Below, piece after piece: positions 15,701-21,053 of a DNA stretch of 21,053 nucleotides. Below the pieces are notes generated by a model that was given only the letters and a program-made list of their open reading frames with translations, had not been told where the DNA came from and searched no databases. The translations under genes and the position numbers were made by a program. The DNA comes from a bacterium (GTDB taxonomy: Bacteria; SZUA-182; DTGQ01), in assembly GCA_040752695.1 (NCBI GenBank), contig JBFMGO010000106.1:1-21053 (forward strand), written 5' to 3'. How positions within the stretch are numbered: position 1 is the first letter of the stretch; each line of letters begins with the position of its first letter.

Positions 15701-18700
15701 TCCTGTACATTATAATCTTATGCCTTTGCCAGAAGCGGAAAAGATGCCCGATCCTTCGGGATTTTTTTACCAGGTCGTGCAGCATCTTTCGCCTGTGCTT
15801 TTCCAGCCACTCCTCAAGACGCGGATAACTTCCGGAAAGATGGCCAAGGTCAAGCTCGTAAAAAGGAGTATCTATCACGTAACCCGCCATAGCGCCGTCC
15901 ATATTATGTTCATGATCCACCCCCTGAGCCACGCCATCATGTTCATGATCCGCGCCGTGAGTCACGCCGTGATCTACTCCATAATCAACGCCGTGATTTA
16001 TACCGCGATCCACGCCGTAATCTATTCGATGATCTACGCCGCGGTCTACGCCGTGATCCATCCCATGGTCAATCCCACGGTAGCTGTCGTGCGGTGTTCG
16101 AAAGAAACCCTCGCGGCGAAGCTCTTCCAGCTCTGCCGACTCCTGACCCCAGATCCGGTTTTTCTCCTCTTCCGAAAAGAACACTTTTCCGTCCGGCCGG
16201 TACTCCCGGATCAGTGCGGTAATCCTGTCCACCAGATCTGGCCAGGAAATGGATTGCTCCCTGGCCAGGTACTTTTGCTGCACTTTTTCGAACAGAATAC
16301 GGCCAATGTGCAGGGGGAAAAAGAGCGGGAAAAAACATGTCCGGTCCCCATGCTGGCCCCAAGACAGAGCTTTCGATGGATCAGGATCATAAGCGCTGCC
16401 CTTTTCCGATCGGGCAGGCAGAACAAAGGATGTAGGTTGAATGCCCCGGTGGGAAATAGTGATGAGCCCCTTTCGCTGAAACTGAAGGAGGTCAAGATAG
16501 CAGGCTTTTTCGTCTCCATCGTACTGTCCGACCAGTTCCTGGAGAGAGAACACCGCCCGGCATTCCCTGCACAATTCTCTTTGCCATGCCCGATCGAGAG
16601 GGAAAGCGGAAGGATCGGCAGTGAGGTCTATTTCGAGGCCAAATAAGCGGTACTCGCCCCAGGCAAAGATTCCCGCCTCATATTGAGAGAGCCAGTAGAG
16701 GGCACTTCGAACCACAGCCTCTTTCCTCCTTTTCTGGGGAGCTGGAGAAAATTTGGATATACCCGACAGGCGGTCATCGAACCGGAAATCAAGACCATGA
16801 AACTGCATGGAAAAGGTGGCATCCTGAAGCGATCCGCCTTTGAAAACCTGCTCCATCAGTTCAGAGCGGATGTTTAGCACAGCCTCCCTGGTCACATCCG
16901 CTCCGCAGTCGGTTTCCTGTTCCAATTCGATAAGTCCACCGCCGCCTCCTTCACCCACTTCTTCACCCCCTTCAACAGGCTCCTGCGGTTCAAGGAGGAC
17001 ATAAGCGCGGGCAGGTGGATGGAAGCGCTCCCTCCTGCGGGCTGCCCTGCCGATTTCCTGAAGATAATCCTCCAGGGTTTGCGGCCTCTGATAGTGAATA
17101 ACCAGGGATATGTTCGGTATGTCCATACCCATGCCAAACGCCCTGGTAGCCACCAGGACCTGAATCTCTCCGCTGGCGAAGCGGCGGTAGATCATCTCCC
17201 GCTCCTCCACCGGAATTCCGGCATGAAAGCAATCGAAGTGCAGGGGCTCACCGCCCCGCATATCTTTGATCAGTGCCTCGTTGAGCATTTCGGCCAACTC
17301 TTCGGTGCCGTGCTGCGACTGGTAAAAGATAATGGCCCGAAAGCGCTCTGCGTCCAGATTCTCGCCAATGATTTTCCTGATGGCCTCGATTTTTGCCGCC
17401 TGTATGTCGAGCGGCATGCCTGCCTGATCGCCGCTTATCGCCTGTATGCCGAGCGGCATGCCTGGGTGATCGCCGCTTATCGCCTGTATGCCGAGCGCTG
17501 TACCTGCCTGATCGTCTTGCGGCATACTGGCCTGCGCGTCTTGTGGCACATCTGCCTGCGAGCTTTGTGGCGTTATCGCTCCCCCGGTTTTTTGTCTTTC
17601 GTCCTTTTCGCTCCGGCCCTGTGTCCTTCCGATGAGAAAGATGTGTTTTTCGATCCCAGGCCGCAAGGGGACCCGGTTTTCCGGATTCACATCCTTGATT
17701 CCTGTTTCCTTGATTCCTGGTCCTCCGGTTTCTGTTCCCTCGGTTCCCGTTCCCTCGATTACTGGTCCCTTGACTCCTGGTCCCTTGATTCCCGGTCCTC
17801 CGGTTCCGTTTTCTTTTGATTCTGTCGACCCGGTGTGCCGGACTTTATCAGCCAAAAGGCGCATATTGGTTTCCGTAACCGTAGCAGAAAAAAGAAATCC
17901 CTGCACCCGGCCGTAAATCTCGTGGAGTAACAGGTCCTGGTAGCAGCACAGGTAATCGGGCCGGAAATGGTATCCCCAGTCGGCTACGCAGTGGACTTCG
18001 TCAAAGACGACAAATTCCAGCCCTTCATCCAGGGCTGCCCTGCGCTGTAAAACCTTTCGAAAGGCGGGAGAGCGAAACCGCTCCGGAGTCACGTAAATGA
18101 TTCTCAAAGTACCATCCTGGATCTGATGGTAATACAATTGTACCTCTTCCCGGTCCAGATCCTGATGAAATCCGGCTACAAAATCGAACATGCCAAGAGA
18201 GCAGAGCTTGAAAGACTGTTCCTGAATCAGGGCCTTGAGCGGGGAGATAATCACTACCAGCTTGCCCGAATAGGCGGTTTTGATAATGGCCGGAAGCTGA
18301 AAGATCAGCGACTTTCCTCCTCCTGTGGGAAGAGTGATCAGCCGGTGACGCTGGTCCTTCGAGTCGAAGAACTGCTCCACGTTCTTCTTCTGCGTCCTTT
18401 CATAATGCTCTGAAGAAAATTCTCCCTCCCGGAAAAAAACCGAGCGAAGCAATAGGTCGATGTCGCTTTCTTTCTCAGGGCTATCCTTTTCTTCCCAAAA
18501 CTTCGGGTTAAAGAGCTGATTGACTTTTTCCCGCAAATCCGCGTCACATTCCGCATCAGGCGGCAGCGGCCAGTACCGGGTCTCGATGTCGGGAATCCGG
18601 TAATCAAAAAACAGGACCTGCCCGACACCTTCAAATAAACGCAGGTAGAAGGCGTGAAATTTCCGGAAGACAAGCTCCAGGGCATGGATGTCTCTGTCCT

Positions 18701-21053
18701 GTTCCAGCAGGCCATGCTCCGGCAGTTCAGGACGACTCCGCACCTGAGCGGCGGGACCATATCCATCCCCTTGCCTCTCCCCGTGCCTGCTGAACAGGCT
18801 ATAGGCAAGGGGGATACGAAACGGCAGGGACTCGAGAAGAAGGATTGGCCGTCTTACGGGCAGTGGCAGGGAGACCTTGACGGGCAATGGCGGCAGGGAA
18901 GTATGATCTTTGCCTGCTGCGCCCGGCGAGGCAGAGCCCGGTATAGAGCCCACGGCAGAGCCCGGGGCAGGGGGGGAATAAGCTCTTTGCCAGAAAGAAA
19001 AAGCCTCTAAAACCTCCGGCAGGGCAGTGGCAGGGAAAAAGCACGCTTCCTGCTTTCCTTCGAAGAGTAACTCCAGGTTGCGGAAAATTCCGGTCCTGCT
19101 TACCCGGCCCCCGGTTATCCGGGTTTCGTCCCTGCTAATCCGGGTTCCGCTGGCCAGATTGACCCTGGCAAGATTAACCCTGATCGACCTTTCTCTCAGA
19201 AACTGGATCATTTCAGGCCAGGGGTCCCGGCTGGCATACTTGTGAGGATCGTACAAAAAGACTACCCGCTCCCCCTCCCCCCGCACCTTGTGTAAGATAC
19301 AAAGCAGCACGGTAGTGTAAAAAAGATGATGATACGGAGAATCAGGTGAAACAAGAGATGTGCGAACCTGTGGCATAACCTTGATCAGCCTGGGGGATGA
19401 TACCTGCGATATCGCTTCCTTCCGCATTCCTTCCTCCTGCGGCCTCTCCTCTCGCATCCCCCTTTTCTCTTGCATCCCCTCCTTCTGCGGCGCTGCGGCC
19501 GGTTCACCTGTGCTTTCGGTGCTGTCTGCGACAAGCCAGGGAAAGGACTCAAGGTGAGGATAGAGGCGGACCTCGCCGGTTAAAACATGGAGGAGAAAAA
19601 GGGCATTCTCCCACAGAAAGTTCCCTGCTGTGCTTCCGGACTCCCTTGTCCCTTCAGCCAAACCAGGAGTACCGGGCGCACCGGCTGTGCCTCCGGATTC
19701 CCTTGTTTCTTCAGCCAAACCGGAAATACCAGGCGCACCGAAAGAGCCGGACACGCCGGATGGAAAGCCTTTGGCCTTAACCTCGCTCCCTCGTAAATAG
19801 AGCCAGTTTCGGCTGGAGCGATGGAGCAGAAAGTTAATCCTCTTCCTCTTGTGCATCTTTGCTTCATCCAGCAGCCCCGGGTCTTTCACCAGGAAAGCTC
19901 CTTCGTCTGAGTCTGAAGACCATTCCATCCGGGAAAGGTAGAAAGAACTATGGTCCGGCCACTTGAGGCTTTTGAACTCCTGCTCGGTCAGGCCCAAAAA
20001 AGGTAATTCTTCCATAAAGTAGACCGTGCATGCAGCCTCTTCGCCCGGCTCTTTTCGGGATTTATCCTTGGTGAAAGATAGCAACTCTTTCTGAGAGAAT
20101 TGCAGTTTTCCCTGACACCACTTTCGATACGGAATGGGATGCAGAAGATATCGTGAGAAGGGAATTCCTCTCTTCCTGCACTCATCGAAAAAGGAGTGGA
20201 TAAAAGCAGCACCAAGACCTTTTGTTCCTCCTTTTGTTCCTCCTTGAGGCTCACTAACGACCATTGAGATGGTTTTTTCTTTATCCAACAGGTGTTCGAA
20301 GATGCCCAAAAGAGCGAGTCCCTCTTTCCGCACTCCCTCTTTCCCTATCCCCTCTTTTCCATCCTCTTTTTCCCGCTCCTCTTTTCTCTCCCCGCTTCGG
20401 GTAAAGCAGTAAGGAAGGCGGCCTTTGAGAACTACATTCTTTCCCTGAAAAAGGTTGACTGCGGCCACATCGTAGCCCGGCATAATGAACTCTTCCGGCC
20501 GCAGCTCATAGAGCGGGACCAGGTCCTGGTCTGCCCCTTTTAATCCTCTCAAGCCCGATGATTCGGGCAGAAAAGAAGATAGCTCCCAAAGGGTTTGGAA
20601 AATGGGCAACTCCTGCCGGATACGGCTTCTGACTTCTGCGGATTTTGCTTGCAGCCTGAAGATTAAGGAAACAAAGAGGCGGACATTCCGATATACGTCC
20701 TCGTGCGCCCTGTGCGGGCACCTCAACCGCAGATCCGGCCAGAGAGGATGGGCAATGGCTGATAGCTCCAGCGTATCTATGACCCGGTCATCAGGAATGG
20801 TAAGTCCCCGGTTTTTCAATATGGCGAGGTCATGCTCCCTGATCTGGTGCCCCACCCAGTAAGGATTGTCAAGAGCATGGACCTTGAGAACTTCAAGGCC
20901 AGAATCAGTGCCCCTCAGTTCTCCCTGGCGTCCCCCCTGCCCTGCCTCTTTGCCCTGTTGTCTCCCCTGCCCTGCCTTTTCTTTCCGCTTTGCCAGTCCT
21001 GCCTGTTTTTCTCCCTGCCCACCCTGGCTTCCCCACCCCAGTTCTCCCGACCC
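12771..21053 (-). CDS. Giant DEDDh exonuclease / RecQ (SF2) / UvrD (SF1) helicase fusion, 5' end outside the window
   Basis: The frame stays open from the track start (20855) to the window edge, 66 more codons, giving 2760 aa visible. Exonuclease: VGHQIREHD, IDTLELS, HRAHED. RecQ: LPTGGGKS, SPLKALIQEQ, YVTPERF, DEVHCVADWGYHFRPDY, SAT, FHAG, ATRAFGMGMD, QEIGRA. UvrD: AGPGAGKT, SYTKKAV, TFHGFA, DEFQD, VGDPLQDIF, NYRS, STVHKVKGLEFD, YVGITRAR. Confidence 0.92.
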   Translation of the reverse strand, partial: GSGELGWGSQGGQGEKQAGLAKRKEKAGQGRQQGKEAGQGGRQGELRGTDSGLEVLKVHALDNPYWVGHQIREHDLAILKNRGLTIPDDRVIDTLELSAIAHPLWPDLRLRCPHRAHEDVYRNVRLFVSLIFRLQAKSAEVRSRIRQELPIFQTLWELSSFLPESSGLRGLKGADQDLVPLYELRPEEFIMPGYDVAAVNLFQGKNVVLKGRLPYCFTRSGERKEEREKEDGKEGIGKEGVRKEGLALLGIFEHLLDKEKTISMVVSEPQGGTKGGTKGLGAAFIHSFFDECRKRGIPFSRYLLHPIPYRKWCQGKLQFSQKELLSFTKDKSRKEPGEEAACTVYFMEELPFLGLTEQEFKSLKWPDHSSFYLSRMEWSSDSDEGAFLVKDPGLLDEAKMHKRKRINFLLHRSSRNWLYLRGSEVKAKGFPSGVSGSFGAPGISGLAEETRESGGTAGAPGTPGLAEGTRESGSTAGNFLWENALFLLHVLTGEVRLYPHLESFPWLVADSTESTGEPAAAPQKEGMQEKRGMREERPQEEGMRKEAISQVSSPRLIKVMPQVRTSLVSPDSPYHHLFYTTVLLCILHKVRGEGERVVFLYDPHKYASRDPWPEMIQFLRERSIRVNLARVNLASGTRISRDETRITGGRVSRTGIFRNLELLFEGKQEACFFPATALPEVLEAFSFWQRAYSPPAPGSAVGSIPGSASPGAAGKDHTSLPPLPVKVSLPLPVRRPILLLESLPFRIPLAYSLFSRHGERQGDGYGPAAQVRSRPELPEHGLLEQDRDIHALELVFRKFHAFYLRLFEGVGQVLFFDYRIPDIETRYWPLPPDAECDADLREKVNQLFNPKFWEEKDSPEKESDIDLLLRSVFFREGEFSSEHYERTQKKNVEQFFDSKDQRHRLITLPTGGGKSLIFQLPAIIKTAYSGKLVVIISPLKALIQEQSFKLCSLGMFDFVAGFHQDLDREEVQLYYHQIQDGTLRIIYVTPERFRSPAFRKVLQRRAALDEGLEFVVFDEVHCVADWGYHFRPDYLCCYQDLLLHEIYGRVQGFLFSATVTETNMRLLADKVRHTGSTESKENGTGGPGIKGPGVKGPVIEGTGTEGTETGGPGIKETGIKDVNPENRVPLRPGIEKHIFLIGRTQGRSEKDERQKTGGAITPQSSQADVPQDAQASMPQDDQAGTALGIQAISGDHPGMPLGIQAISGDQAGMPLDIQAAKIEAIRKIIGENLDAERFRAIIFYQSQHGTEELAEMLNEALIKDMRGGEPLHFDCFHAGIPVEEREMIYRRFASGEIQVLVATRAFGMGMDIPNISLVIHYQRPQTLEDYLQEIGRAARRRERFHPPARAYVLLEPQEPVEGGEEVGEGGGGGLIELEQETDCGADVTREAVLNIRSELMEQVFKGGSLQDATFSMQFHGLDFRFDDRLSGISKFSPAPQKRRKEAVVRSALYWLSQYEAGIFAWGEYRLFGLEIDLTADPSAFPLDRAWQRELCRECRAVFSLQELVGQYDGDEKACYLDLLQFQRKGLITISHRGIQPTSFVLPARSEKGSAYDPDPSKALSWGQHGDRTCFFPLFFPLHIGRILFEKVQQKYLAREQSISWPDLVDRITALIREYRPDGKVFFSEEEKNRIWGQESAELEELRREGFFRTPHDSYRGIDHGMDHGVDRGVDHRIDYGVDRGINHGVDYGVDHGVTHGADHEHDGVAQGVDHEHNMDGAMAGYVIDTPFYELDLGHLSGSYPRLEEWLEKHRRKMLHDLVKKSRRIGHLFRFWQRHKIIMYRTENPVERKSLAFRILEVNPKHDFGQDICLAEEIYEYLHQCSPADIERRQPYGCLSTDSPGSRRRAGSGLRPESFGILSIYEQFHKDHSLEEMKRALSLLKVFGYIHYFEQEEEIGYRLTVRPLDQWNKACLDRIREIDQLVRVKEFLTRIFFSVLTQGDRELADQLIADYFTCLHSARSPGFSEHTLALLQKPEHDRLRLRIKSYFSESKEKDYREAKDRELDDEQKKIVEAFGNGASLMVRAGPGAGKTRTLIYAALDLLIRKAVPAENILLLSYTKKAVVELQKRIRAHQPQFDLLNDWRRLNIFTFHGFARKVLGQDEMVRIREEVQDQKGRGGKREENQTELFHQKCMERAAELFSSRHYHYLLIDEFQDVLAERLEFVKKIILKSHKENLTVFLVGDPLQDIFHYQYPKEKQTSFDLLSAFLKEQSIGLTERELTKNYRSCSELCRFFDEYVKENYAFTHRVHRPGREEDKHKGEQGTLEGQGVQEAQGVHAVPRAQEWQESGFPGGITRKVDPAASEQEIHRAIYEPIAEDIACITTCRQAASQNLSIAILGRSNQEVEAAFYHLRRKLSPFGRCLPLNENFPLWRRWDIFEAIRDLARKERQAQRIVDKTAIKAAFDRCRSLGMIPGYIGSYRDWEPMAMLTYLDDRGKGFADIRTWPEEENEILPDPLFLKRGEREQPLEMGRDGSYSGGYAAGYPARAGDSGHIGDSGRIDGIELEDYLIEEALGKRKHGVNSSSLSFAGENTGREGKEREEEEEEKKDGGKGVEIIFSTVHKVKGLEFDVVYLLPFGGSANPSSWEHSPKGREEKNIGYVGITRARHRVIRSLWSGAGAEGSGHTGKRTGQSPQSQSQQMMPVVLSFSGRELISREFGLRFDAWQESTGLYAGVQVEISREGDILLCRFKPQTVIGKVNPNCLKGLGTGPFMYRIRELYVRFYREEDPVYWMGYTGFLKEKLAKGAYFLLPVLEKV
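15906..16076 (-). repeat. In-frame 12-bp repeat encoding a His-rich GVDH-type array
   Basis: GIDH GMDH GVDR GVDH RIDY GVDR GINH GVDY GVDH GVTH GADH (11 units, 15945-16076) followed by EHD GVAQ GVDH EH. Confidence 0.92.
17397..17558 (-). repeat. In-frame 42-bp repeat (about 3 copies) plus 24-bp units within the RecQ domain
   Basis: CGCCTGTATG recurs at 17397, 17439 and 17481. Peptide: QADVPQDA QASMPQDD Q AGTALGIQAISGDH PGMPLGIQAISGDQ AGMPLDIQAA. Confidence 0.92.
17688..17807 (-). repeat. In-frame 15-bp repeat x8 within the RecQ domain
   Basis: GTGGP GIKGP GVKGP VIEGT GTEGT ETGGP GIKET GIKDV. Confidence 0.9.
19626..19739 (-). repeat. In-frame 57-bp duplication
   Basis: GAPGISGLAEETRESGGTA / GAPGTPGLAEGTRESGSTA. 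Confidence 0.9.

Noticed and set aside
15384..16646. 420-aa plus-strand ORF
   Set aside because: Antisense to the helicase, mirrors its repeat tract and has no recognisable motifs.
17019..17819. 266-aa plus-strand ORF with RLYAERH repeats
   Set aside because: Antisense shadow of the in-frame repeats within the RecQ domain.
17390..17880. Intein in the helicase
   Set aside because: The insert is low-complexity repeat with no N-terminal Cys block, no HN-[CST] junction and no LAGLIDADG motifs.

Overview
Bacterial window with three blocks. (1) 1-8643, minus strand: a tightly packed operon of a giant secreted TPR protein (GltC/GltD-like), a TPR lipoprotein (GltE-like), a protein with a GltF/CglF-like motif fused to four CxxCH heme-binding motifs, a MotA/TolQ/ExbB channel and an ExbD/TolR subunit that runs off the left edge. 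This resembles the Agl-Glt core envelope motor cluster, with an unexpected multiheme cytochrome c fusion. (2) 9097-12492: a two-gene unit (HdeD/DUF308 + DUF1269) bracketed by two degenerate integron attC-like sites with no integrase in view. It is followed by a strong XerC/D dif-like site (11044-11071), a lipoprotein gene, palindromes and a Pro/Gly/aromatic-rich orphan gene. (3) 12771 to beyond 21053, minus strand: one ORF of at least 2760 aa joining a DEDDh exonuclease, a possible DinG-like relic, an intact RecQ (SF2) helicase and an intact UvrD (SF1) helicase, with many in-frame tandem-repeat insertions. All family calls come from motif recognition by eye; no searches were run.
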